From the NCBI GenBank assembly GCA_002269645.1, contig NIVC01001280.1, positions 124,001 through 188,000 on the forward strand: DNA of 64,000 bases, given 5' to 3'. The DNA comes from Macrostomum lignano (taxonomy: Eukaryota). Made by a program: the position numbers and the translations under genes. Below, in pieces: positions 53,843 through 64,000 of this stretch; within the stretch, counting starts at the first letter, position 1, and each line of letters begins with the position of its first letter. The notes under the pieces were generated by a model. It worked only from the letters and a program-made list of their open reading frames with translations. It had not been told where the DNA came from and did no database searches.

Positions 53843-55837
53843 AACTAGGCAGACAGGCAATAGGTGGACTGAAATTGTGTCAATGCAGCGAGTCAGGGAT
53901 ATTTCTTCTGACCCGGATGCTTAGCCTGAACCACATTGCGTAAGTTTTGATTGCAGAAATGGAAAGTTAATTTACAAACAAACCCATAAGTCACATGAAG
54001 CACTGCTAGTTACTATGACCCTAGTTAATCTACACTCTACTCTTAAAATGGACTAAAATAGCTTCTAATGGCGTTTTTATGAATACAAGTGCAAAGCCAC
54101 CGATAAAATAAAAAACGAATCAAAAACAAAGATAATGGAAAGTACGGAAAGAAATTCTAAATAACCTATATATGATTGAGCTGCACTAATGCGCGCTGGG
54201 CACAAACCAAAACACCAAATTCTTCCTTTTTTAGCCCCTAAAATATGACGCAAAGAAATACGAAGCAGTAGAAACAATAGACAGACACGCCGGAATCGTG
54301 ACGTTCACAATCATGTATTTGTACAAAGCAGCAGGCAAAGCAGCATAACCAGAAGTGACACAGGCAGGGGGTTTTAACTGGACATTCAAAACTCAGTTGA
54401 TGTAAAATTTAACAGTGAAGACAAGCCACTCGGTCGTTGGACAGAGCTGGAAACAATCGCCTAAAACAAACATCCTTTGCACCCAGACTGGAAACACTCA
54501 AGCAGATATACAATGCGAGTATATATATTCAAACAATAAAAACTAACTAGACCTGATATGCCAGGCAAGCCTACAGAGTGGGAGCAGAACCATGCGCAAA
54601 CAATCAAATAACAGACGCACTGAATTAACTTTTGGACTGGGGCGGGGGATTATGATAGGAAAACACTGAGGCATTCATTTCTATAGATCAAGAAACCCTA
54701 AGCAAATGAACAGACGCTCTAACAGAGTAAAAGCTATCACGACACAAGACTCAGACCATCAACAATGATCAGTGGTCAGAGGAAAAGCAAAACAAGAACA
54801 AAGACCTGCGAGGCAAAATAAGAAGCAAAAACAATCTTTGCCAAGCAGGGCCGCACCACAGAAAACGGGTTAAGATTCACACAGAATACAAGCAGAACAT
54901 TGAGTTTGCCTACAGACGCACTGAACCGCATGCAGAGTATTAATTCAAACAAATGACTGATGAACTAACGAATGCATATCCACATTATAATTGCAGTATT
55001 ACTCTGAATAGAGGATGACACTTAGCAAAATCTAGTACCGGACTTTATTTTATTTGCAGATAAAATTGTGCCGATATTTGCAGATTTTCAGATCAACCTT
55101 TTAAGCAGTACTGGTAAGCAGTACAAAAGGGTATCTAAATTTCTTTCCCATAAGGCATGAACAGGTATCGAGCCAACGAATTGTGGGATTGTAATTGATA
55201 TATTTAACTACATAATGCACTGAATTATGCAGTTGTGGGGATTAAAAGCTGGTTGCTGCCCGCTGGATTGCATGCTAGACAGAAAAATAAGCGGCAACGA
55301 GAAAACTTGAGTTGCAGTGGAAATTAACTTTGAAATTCATGAAAAACAAGGGACTGTGCTTCCGCTTAGGAGAGCATAATTTGGCGTGGAACTAGGAAGT
55401 CTGTTAAGATTTAGTTAAAAATCAATAACTTTACAGAGCAGTGGCACAGGGTGGCAAAAGATACGATTCCTAATGCTTGAAAGGTTGAAGCTGGTTTAAA
55501 CTGTGCGATTACAAGCAATGCAAGGGAAGCTTTGAATGATTTCTATAATGCTAATTTTAGCTAAATCAAATATTAACGGGTTCATACGGACCAGTAACCG
55601 ATTGAAAACATTAGTACTGAATGCAGAATGGTACGTACGATTTTTTTACATTTTGCTCAATAAGATAGTGTCTTACTTAGGCAGACAATGGGAAATAACA
55701 GTGCAATAGTGACGAAAGTCTAGATTTAAATAAACTTAGGAAATAAAATAATGAACTAATGAATACCATTGCAAACTATCATCGAGCTTCAGCATAAAAT
55801 TTCATATTGCCGTCATCTAGCAGTTGTAATAGACAAA

Positions 55838-56485
55838 TTATCGAGGAAGCGCGTAGGCTCCAGTGTCATAACCGTCACTGTAGACCGGGATCTGCTGGGC
55901 CAGTGCGCTGCTGGAAGCCGCAGTGGTGACGGTGTTGGAGACGGATGCCTCGCCGTAGCAGCAGTTGGACAACGGATCGTAGCTGCCTCCCGTGTATGAC
56001 TCGCGTCTGGCCCGCTTGGCCGCTGTGGTTTCGTCCAAGTCGCCGCCACCGCTGCCGTTATCCAAGGCGATGGCGGCGCCAGGAACCACGCGGCCAGGGC
56101 CGGAGCCGCGAGTTGCAAGCATCGACTGATAGTCATCGTAAGCGTCCGTGATCTTCTTGATATCGGCGCTGAAGTCCTCCAGGAACTCCATCTTGCGACA
56201 GAGAAAGCGCAGCTTTGCTTCCACATTGAGGTGGTCACTGCGCACCGCCAAGTCAATGCAGTCACAGAAGTAGGTCTCGTCTAAAGGCGTCAGCTGGTAG
56301 GCGAGGTCCACCAGCTGCGTGTGCAGTCTCTCGTTGGCTGGATCGATGCCGATGGCGGTCTTGAGGACGGTAGCAGCGCGGCGCCAGTCAGCTCGGATGC
56401 GGTGCAGGTAGCGCGAGAATTTTGCAGAGATCAACGAGTGACTTGCAGGGCAGTCAGAGTATCGTTGCAGAGCCTCCTCGTACGA
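55838..56485 (-). CDS. PRPF39: Pre-mRNA processing factor 39, terminal exon
   Basis: CACAG acceptor in phase 0; HAT-like helices then FLCRKMEFLEDFSADI, matching the PRP39 C-terminal region. Confidence 0.88.
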   Translation of the reverse strand, partial: SYEEALQRYSDCPASHSLISAKFSRYLHRIRADWRRAATVLKTAIGIDPANERLHTQLVDLAYQLTPLDETYFCDCIDLAVRSDHLNVEAKLRFLCRKMEFLEDFSADIKKITDAYDDYQSMLATRGSGPGRVVPGAAIALDNGSGGGDLDETTAAKRARRESYTGGSYDPLSNCCYGEASVSNTVTTAASSSALAQQIPVYSDGYDTGAYALPR

Positions 56486-56671
56486 CTGTGTGGGCAGTGG
56501 CGGCGGGTTCCGTGATCACTACTACATATGAATCATAGACATTAAAAAATGGGTGGCAGTGGCGGATTGTGGATGTTTAGTGCATTGTAATTCTGTGTGC
56601 AGAAAAGCAGTGACAGTGATATGCCAACCTATGCAGGCAGAATTACTACTATTTTGAACAAAACCACTCAC

Positions 56672-57479
56672 CTGCACAACCTGGTCGGGCTGAGCGATGC
56701 GCCGGAGGCAGCTGATTCGGCGCAGGGTGACGAGAGTTTGCTTAGGACACATGGTTTCCAGTTCCCGCATAATCTCGCTGGCCTTTACATCCTGACCCTG
56801 TCTCTCCTCAAATGCAGAGTAATACCAGTGCACGGTTGGCCTATGTGGCAGGTGAACGAGACACGCACGTTGCCACACATTTCTGGCTCCGTCAATGTCT
56901 CTTTGCCACTCGAGATACTTGGCGTATTTGATCCAGAACTCCTCGTACCTGGCGCAGGCAATGAGGCAGCGCTCGAACAGAACGATGATGCGGGCGTGGT
57001 CTTGCTCCAGAATCTCCATGTCCAAATACTCGCGCCAGTTAGAAAGCTGGCCTCGCTCCAGCGGTTTAATGTGAAAGTAGGGTCGCCGGATCTTCTCTTC
57101 AAAGTACCACCGCTTGCTGATTTGTTCGTAATTTGCCTGGTAGACGATGCTGCGCTTGGCGACCAGCTTTTCCTTCATCTTCTTGATGGTTCCGTCGTCT
57201 ATCAGAGCATTGATATCGATGTCGTGCTGCGTGACCTCGCGGAGCAGACCTTTAAACTCCTCTGGGGCCACTATCTGGCGCAGGTCTTTTTCTTCCACAT
57301 GGCGCTTGAAGCTCTCCCAGTGTTGATAGTACAGCTGCGTGGGCGTGCCTAGAAGCTTGTCGTACACAGCAGTAACATCAACGAAATTGCCCATCACGCT
57401 CAGCCAATTGATGTAGTCCTCCCAGAGCTTGTCAGAACGGAATTCCAGTCCCGCGGATGCAATTGCTCGCTCGAACAAA
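56672..57479 (-). CDS. PRPF39: PRP39 internal exon (HAT repeats)
   Basis: LFERAIASAGLEFRSDKLWEDYI..RWYFEEKIRRPYFHIKPLERGQLSNWREYLD..LFERCLIACARYEEFWIKYA. Confidence 0.95.
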
Positions 57480-57954
57480 CTGAAAAACAGATCAGGAGAC
57501 TGTTTGAGAAGCTAATTTAAATCAACTTAGTATCGGACAATGTGTTGCTCCTCTTTGCCAGTTAGGATAAGTATACGGTTGAGCTATAAAATGATTAGTG
57601 CTATATATGAGAGATGAAACGAACGAATCCTAGATTTAACTAATTCAAAATACTGAAGAATGAAAAAATGAAATGAAATCTGTATCTTACTGACACCTAC
57701 AACGGCATCTTGTTTGTGAGTAAGTAGTGTAGTTATATTATGATTTAACTACATGTATACACAGTTCGCACCTTAATATATTGCTTATGTTCTAGTAAGC
57801 TATAATAGTTGCACGTTGGTCCCTCATACCTCAAATTCAAACCTCAAATCGACACAGCAAATGATTGTAATTGATTTTTTATTGATTGTAAATGATTGTG
57901 ATTGATATGAATATGCTTCCTCATATAACCTCATGCTTTCCACCATATTACCTA

Positions 57955-58292
57955 TACATCCTAAAGTAGAGCGTCGGACTCACAGAGTAACAACTGAAAG
58001 GCCGGGGTTCCATTCTCGACCCACTTGGAACAATTTGTGCCCTTGAGCAAGACAACTAAACTCTGCATTGCTGCTTTATTTCACCCAGCTGTAAAAACAC
58101 CAGCATTAGTTGGGGTGATGATTGAGGTGTGCGTGGTGACCTCCCACCCCCAGGCCTTAGACTGAACAGTACTAAGCGTACATATTTATGTACGCTGGCT
58201 CAGATGCGCCGCGCAATAGCTGCGGCTGAGCCGGTTGCACATCTGCCTATTAGGGCAGGTGTAATAAATTAGTATTATTAATTATTATTAAT
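57955..58292 (+). mobile_element. tRNA-derived SINE with a CORE/Meta-type central domain and an (ATT)n-like tail, in a PRP39 intron
   Basis: Degenerate A box (GTAGAGCGTCGGACT) and B box (GGGTTCCATTC), then TGTGCCCTTGAGCAAGACA..CACCCAGCTGTAAA, a 3' stem-loop and a TTA-rich tail. Confidence 0.75.
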
Positions 58293-58381
58293 AACTAAAG
58301 TGGACGTCTTCTAATTATTCTAATTACTGGGACTAAATTCGCATGACAAGGAATTATAATAATTAGACGTCCATTTTAGTT
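58293..58381. repeat. Short inverted-repeat unit (possible mini-MITE) abutting the SINE tail
   Basis: AACTAAAGTGGACGTC..TAATTATT versus AATAATTAGACGTCCATTTTAGTT. Confidence 0.5.
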
Positions 58382-58805
58382 CTAAAAATGACTCTGGATT
58401 TCAACTATTAATTAATTGATTGCCAACATGCACAATTTCTGCAATTGCAACACTAAATGCTGCCTGCAGAAACGAATCTTAGAACCAAAAGAATACCCAA
58501 AAATGACCAATTTTCCGAATACCAAATATTCTTTCCATCTCTAGGCTCTACATGCGAAGTAGCTAAGTCTAAACTTATCATAAAAATTTTAATCCTTACT
58601 TAAGAATTAGCTTGTAACTTATAAACACAATTCTAATCAATGCTTCAGGGTAATTCGTAACAAGGTGTCGCAGGCCAAAGATCACAAACTGTGTCTGCGA
58701 GTTTAATGAGTTACAAGCGGGCTGAGCAAAATGACGATCACGTCTACGCACTAGGCTTACGCGGATAAATAGTTAAAGGAAACAAATCAAGAAAACAACG
58801 CTTAC

Positions 58806-58921
58806 GTCTTTACTTTCTCTTCGTAGTCTGGACTTGTCTGCGACGTCTCCATTAGATACTCCAAGTAAGCAACCCATAGGTCAATGCTTAGGTAGATGGC
58901 ATTCACTCCGTTCTCGTAAAC
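58806..58921 (-). CDS. PRPF39: PRP39 internal exon (116 bp)
   Basis: VYENGVNAIYLSIDLWVAYLEYL matches the PRP39 YxxG..AIPLSVDLW motif; phases 0 and 2 fit both neighbouring exons. Confidence 0.92.
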
Positions 58922-61429
58922 CTATCGTGAAAATTCAGGATGCATTGCGAGGAACCATGAGACAGCTGCTTTGTATTATTTAATTATAAAGACTCTTCCC
59001 CAGTATGCACAAAATCGCACAGTAAATATTTATGTTAGTCTTACCAAACGAAGTAAGCGTAACAAGTAACTCTCATAGGTGTCATAAAAGGAGCACGCCC
59101 ACTTGCGCAGTTGAGAAGGTTCAAAGGCGTTCACAGACTTGATTGAAAAAAGATAGCTACATATTGCCTAACTGTCTAGCATGGACAAATCCATGAATAA
59201 CTGACGGATGAGCAGATTTCAACACGGATCGCTAAGTAATTTTCTTTGCTAAACCTAGAAATACGTGCTCGCCTGCAAAAGTAAATTTAGAGTGAATATG
59301 ATGATAACGACGCAAAATTGAAGTTTTACTGGAATTCACATGGTAGCTGAAAAATAGGGAGCAAAGCCTAATCGGATTCAATCATATTTTATTGAGGATG
59401 CTGAGGGACTTAGTTGGCAGCGAAATGACAGTAGCACTTTAAAGTAAAAAATAAACTGGAGGGAACCACCTTTACCCATTAACCACCCCACAAAGCATTC
59501 TGCAGCCAAGTCAAAATGCAGTTTGGAAGTGCTGCGATAAAATTGAATTTTAGGAATACTATTAAACAGCGAGCCCCTGGTGAATTCTGCGTTTATCGTG
59601 CATCAAAAACTGTCAAGGGTTAGGAGAAATCACTTTCTGTATAAAAGCAGATAATATGTGCCTTTTAAGTTTCTACTGTTAAGGTGCACTAATGATAGTT
59701 TTGGAAACGCTAGTATCTAAAACACGTTACTGCTTTTAAGTTAAGTTTTATCCATACTCCTGGTCACTCGCACTTTGCAAGAGATGTTATTTGCCTCAAT
59801 CATTGCTGAAATTTTGGCGGTAAGGTGGTTTTAAACGGCTGGATTTGTGTGCCCTTCGCGCGGGCAGTGGGGTTGGCATATATGGCGCGGGAGCTGAAAG
59901 AGGATTTGTTGTTGCGGGTGTCGCGAGGTGTTTTTTGGGTGGGCTCTTAGTGCTACCTAGACCGTGACGTAGTTTGTCGGCTCAAAATTTGCATGCAGCA
60001 GCAGCCGCAGATTTGAAAACTGAACATCGACAATTGCTCACTGATCCTGCAGTCTGTTGATTGGTTTTGTGGATTTGCCTGTCACTTCTGTGACCAACCC
60101 CGAATAAAACGTGCTCGCTTGCGCAAACAAGCATTAATTATTTCTGCCTTCGCATCGGCGATCCTATATGATCATCGAAGACCAGATGAAAAGCCTGACT
60201 GCAGGATGTAATTCTGTAGTAAGGAGCTCAACTGAAAGATGTTGACTTTACTGTTTACATAACTTTTACACTAATTGAGCTTGCAAGTGGGTCAGTGACT
60301 CGATCACTCTGCTGCGATTGGCCGAATCTGCAAGTGATGATTCTGATTTTGTTATTCTGATCTATCTTACGTCTGCAAGGAAGCCATCGTTTCGCCGAGA
60401 CCAATGGTTTCCATTGCAACGCCATAAAAAGCTAACGTGATGTGTCGTAACGCGATATTTTAATCTTAACCCTTGTCTTGCTACCTAACCTGGCAAGTCC
60501 TTTTTGCACAGCATGCGAAGGGGAGGTGCCCGTTCAAAGTGCTAGTATCTGTAAAGCACTGCAATCTGAAATCAACGACATCAAGGCGATACGTGACTAG
60601 GGAAGCAACACGCCAACCACCTACGCCGGGGCCAGATGCATGGTGCGGGACTACGAGTATGACCAGTCACGCAGCTTGTAGCAAACACGAGGTCTGCTTT
60701 GCTGCGATTTTATAAACTTTTTGCACCGTTTAAAAACTAGGACATTATGACTTGTAGAATTGTTACTAATTTTTGTTTTCAACGGAGAGTGTTTTTAAAT
60801 TAAAGTAACTAGCGTATAAAAGCCAGATACTCGTATCTCTTTTTATTTTCCCACACTTTTCTTGGCACTGGAAATTTCGTTTCCAGTCAGTCGCCCTCTT
60901 TGTTAGCACTTTTCCCGCCGTTTAATTCGCGCTCTTACTGCCAGGCATAAGCTAACAAAGCGCTCCCCACAAGGCAAAATGACGATGACAGAAGTACGTA
61001 GATCTTCTGTCAGTAGATCTCATATTTGATCTCAACTCACACTGTCATAAATGACGCAATATACACCTGAATACAAGGAGAGCTCATGCTAATCAAATGG
61101 GAGAAGAGAATGAACAGGAATGAATTTGTCATTCATATATGCAGTTTTTCATCTCCAGGTGTACTGTTCTAATGATGGCGGCTCTTAATTCTAGCGAGTG
61201 TGTACATTTTGTAAATAATATGTTTAATGGTAGTGTAATGCATTTGGTAAATATAAAATGCTAAAAATCGTCGTCTTCTAGCACTTTTTATTAATCTACG
61301 AGTATATACTAAAATGAGTACCAACTAAAAAAGATTGGTATTGTGACGAAAATCAAGCTCAGCTAATGCGCCTGAATTCTAGCTGAAACTCATCTATAAG
61401 GAAAGTGAAAAAATTCCTAACAGCCTGAA

Positions 61430-62730
61430 ATGCCAAGAACAGCACCGGAAAAGTGTATGCCTGCTTTGTCTACGCAAGGTTGAACGCCGCCTGAATTATT
61501 TCCTTTCTAAATGGCCAACATCACGTACATTGTAGTCCAGTCTCAACTACGAGAAAATGCTGACAGATCTGACAACAACAAAATACAGTGTCAGCCAGTC
61601 AAGTGAGTCATGAGAGGCAGAGACCACGTCACAGGGCGTAGGCCGGACCACCGGCAGTGTCCGGGCGCCAGCATCAGCCAGCAGACAGTCGACGAAGCGC
61701 AGAGTGCCTGTCCTCGCTGGTAGGGTGCCTGCAGCGTCAGCAGCAGCACCCATGCAGAATTTAGACAATTGGTAGTAGAAATAGCACCAGGGGCCCAGCT
61801 TCTACTGGTGCAGATGTACCCTGATGGTTCAGACAACTGCAAAAAGATGCTGCAGCTGAAAGTTGCATTAACTGTCAGCAACCGGCAAACCCTGCGAGCG
61901 ACCAGCATTTTCAAAAGGGAGCCGGCTCAGGGAGGGCTGTGCAGTCGATTTTGGGAGCAAGCCTCATTACAAGCCGACATATCATGGATTTTCTTCCAAG
62001 CTGCTAGAAGTCGACAAGCGAAGGAGTTATGTCAAAAACCGCCGTGATCTTCTGCGATGTGTGATGATCAATCAAGAAGGTCGCTTTTGAGAGGGGCTAC
62101 AAGGATGTCGACGTGAAGCTTGGTCTTGACGAAGGCGGTGAATTTTTCCAATTTTGCGCCAGCTTCCTGCTTCGGGGTGGAGCGAAGCAAGTTATTCGAA
62201 AAAGTCAACTGTTCGCCGATTCTGGATTCGCCGCTATGTGTATAAGCCTAGGAGGAATAACAGTAAGTACAGTAGCATCCGACATGAAGGTTGCTAATTT
62301 CGCCTGTCGCATACTTCCAGGCACCTGCCACCTACCTATGCTGCTACTTTCTTATCTGCAGAGCTTCATGGCTGCCTGTCGCAGGAACTGAAGCCATACG
62401 GCTCCTGTCTGATGAGTTTTGATGCTATTATCAGCAGCTGCTTTGGTTTCCAGCTGCATGCGGAGATCCAGCAGAAAATTTCGCAGTTCAAGACTGGATT
62501 TGAGCTGCTTGGTCTGTCAATTCCTTTAAGTGCACGTGCTGCTACACCACGTGTAGGGAGCCTTCTGTAACATCACTGGTAGCTCACTCGGCATGTTCAG
62601 CGAACAAGCCTTCCAGAGCGTGCACCGCGATTTAGCTGAAACTTGGCAGAGATGCTGTAATTATAAGCACAGCAATGTCCCATATGCGTTGATCGCAGCT
62701 ATTGCTACCTGCAACAGCTTTCACGTGTGA
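61430..62730 (+). pseudogene. Degenerate Chapaev/Transib-like DDE transposase
   Basis: QEQHRKSVCLLCLRK N-terminal zinc-finger-like motif; VKLGLDEGGEFF, FADSG, ASDMKVAN, broken K-VHVLLHH, LGMFSEQAFQSVHRDLAETWQR, terminal IAAIATCNSFHV-stop; many lesions. Confidence 0.65.
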
Positions 62731-62979
62731 CTGGCTGGTTTGCGTCGCGAGCTTAACCGGTGCTTGAGTATACTGTAACTCCATTAGCCTACCGCTATGC
62801 GCAGTGTATTTATGCTCAGTGCGCGGCTGGGTGGCCGGTCTGCCTTGGTTAGATTTTTGGAAGCGGAAATTGAAGAGGCTCGTTTTCAAGTTAAGCTAGG
62901 CCAGCCAGGTGATCCCTAGTGACTGGCCTTATCTGCGCGAGCTGGTTGACCGGGTTAGCGAGCCTTAACTTCCGACCGA

Positions 62980-63331
62980 TCGTCTGCTGCCAGCACTGAT
63001 ACCTGGCCACCCACTGTCCAGTTTCGGCACTGCACGACTACATCCGCTGCAATCGTGTTGTCCATCAGGACACCCGGCTTTGAAGTCTCGTAAACTTGTC
63101 AAGCAGTTTAAATCCTGGCTCGGCAAGGTGGACATCAGTGCGGTCGGGTTGTCGGTGCACAGCCTGCAAAGAGATTCCGCCACTTTGGGAATGCGGGCTG
63201 GCCCGAATATCAGAGAAATCCGGCGCTTGGGAGACTGGCGCAATGCTACCGTGAACTGCTATCTCTCTCAAGACGATGCGGCGTTCGGTGCAGCTAAAAA
63301 ATTGGCGGCTGTGGTACTGGCGCGGTTCTAA
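62980..63331 (+). pseudogene. Tyrosine recombinase C-terminal fragment (DIRS/Crypton type)
   Basis: LPALIPGHPL-CPVSALHDY then VHSLQRDSATLGMRAG..IRRLGDWRNATVNCYL, i.e. a degenerate HSLR...GRW...Y catalytic end; two frameshifts; the N-terminal half is not found. Confidence 0.8.
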
Positions 63332-63774
63332 ACAGTTTTTTCTTTTCTCTTTTGCCAGTGGCTCTTGCTAGTTTTCTTTCTTGTGCTCGCGATTTTCGCT
63401 TTGGTTTCGGAAAGGCTCTGTGTGACCTACGTCCTGCTTTCGCCAGCTCTCGTCCTGTTTCATTCAGTTCCTTGTGCGATGACAGTGGAAGCTAATGGCT
63501 CGTTTGCGCCGCGGCGATAATAGGCGTTTGTGTACACTACTACTCTCCCAGCTTAGTCCACCCCCTCCGCCGGTGTTAAGTCACTTTGCCTGGTGGGGAG
63601 CGCCATGAAATGATTTTAAAAAATGCACATTCAAGTCAAAAACAGATGAGAACGAGAAATCAGAGTCAGGAGACAGAATTATATATCAAGTTGCCTAATG
63701 CCGGATTCGAACAAATATAAGTGCGATAAAAATAAAAAAGTTAAAACAAAGCTAAGTAGGAGCCGCAGTCTCAC

Positions 63775-64000
63775 CTCAATAACACGTTCCGGATGGCCGG
63801 TCATCTTCTCTGCATCGGCGAACTTCTTCCAGTAGCCATAGCAATATGGATACCTCCGTAGAAAGCGCTCGAACGCCTGCCTGGCCATCTCTATGTCAGA
63901 GGATACGCTTTGCTCCGCCAACTCAAGCAGCAGCGTCCAAGACGTGAAGTCAGACCCGTCATCAAGGACTGCCCGCCACAGACGGCCAATCTCGCTAGCT
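63775..64000 (-). CDS. PRPF39: PRP39 upstream exon, 5'-partial
   Basis: LWRAVLDDGSDFTSWTLLLELAEQ..ARQAFERFLRRYPYCYGYWKKFADAEK; GTGAGA donor at 63774. Confidence 0.95.

Larger units (their letters stand above)
60960..63603 (+). mobile_element. 2.64-kb TIR-bounded element containing DDE transposase and tyrosine recombinase relics, in a PRP39 intron
   Basis: 24-bp TIR with 22/24 identity: GCGCTCCCCACAAGGCAAAATGAC (60960-60983) and GTCACTTTGCCTGGTGGGGAGCGC (63580-63603); no TSD seen. Confidence 0.7.

Noticed and set aside
58655-58666. TCGTAACAAGGT, matching the 3' end of SSU rRNA
   Set aside because: Only 12 nt match exactly and the flanks need several gaps; compatible with chance.

Overview
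Eukaryotic (metazoan) genomic DNA with GT-AG introns and the standard code. Composition, gene style and very short introns suggest a flatworm such as Macrostomum, but this is inference, not an identification. Host genes: 3' end of an SLC28/CNT nucleoside transporter (+), a 5-exon PDZ-C2-RhoGAP of the Syd-1/RhoGAP100F family (+), DPH1 (-), a small multi-pass membrane protein weakly like TMEM128 (+), TDP-43 (-) and a 5'-incomplete PRP39 (-). Much of the rest is transposon-derived: a 3.8-kb long-TIR element, a non-autonomous hAT carrying a degenerate 28S rRNA fragment and a minisatellite, a mariner fossil, a full-length LOA-like LINE with a 12-bp TSD nested in a MITE, a complete two-gene EnSpm/CACTA-like transposon, a second truncated LINE, several MITEs, a tRNA-derived SINE, and a TIR-bounded element holding both a Chapaev/Transib-like DDE transposase relic and a tyrosine-recombinase fragment. 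The most unusual signal is a patchy C-to-T bias favouring CpA/TpG to TpA, resembling fungal RIP or non-CG methylation decay. It shows in paired TIRs, in premature stops, in synonymous sites of the LINE and in recurrent TACG/CGTA motifs. All counts were made by eye and need computational confirmation.
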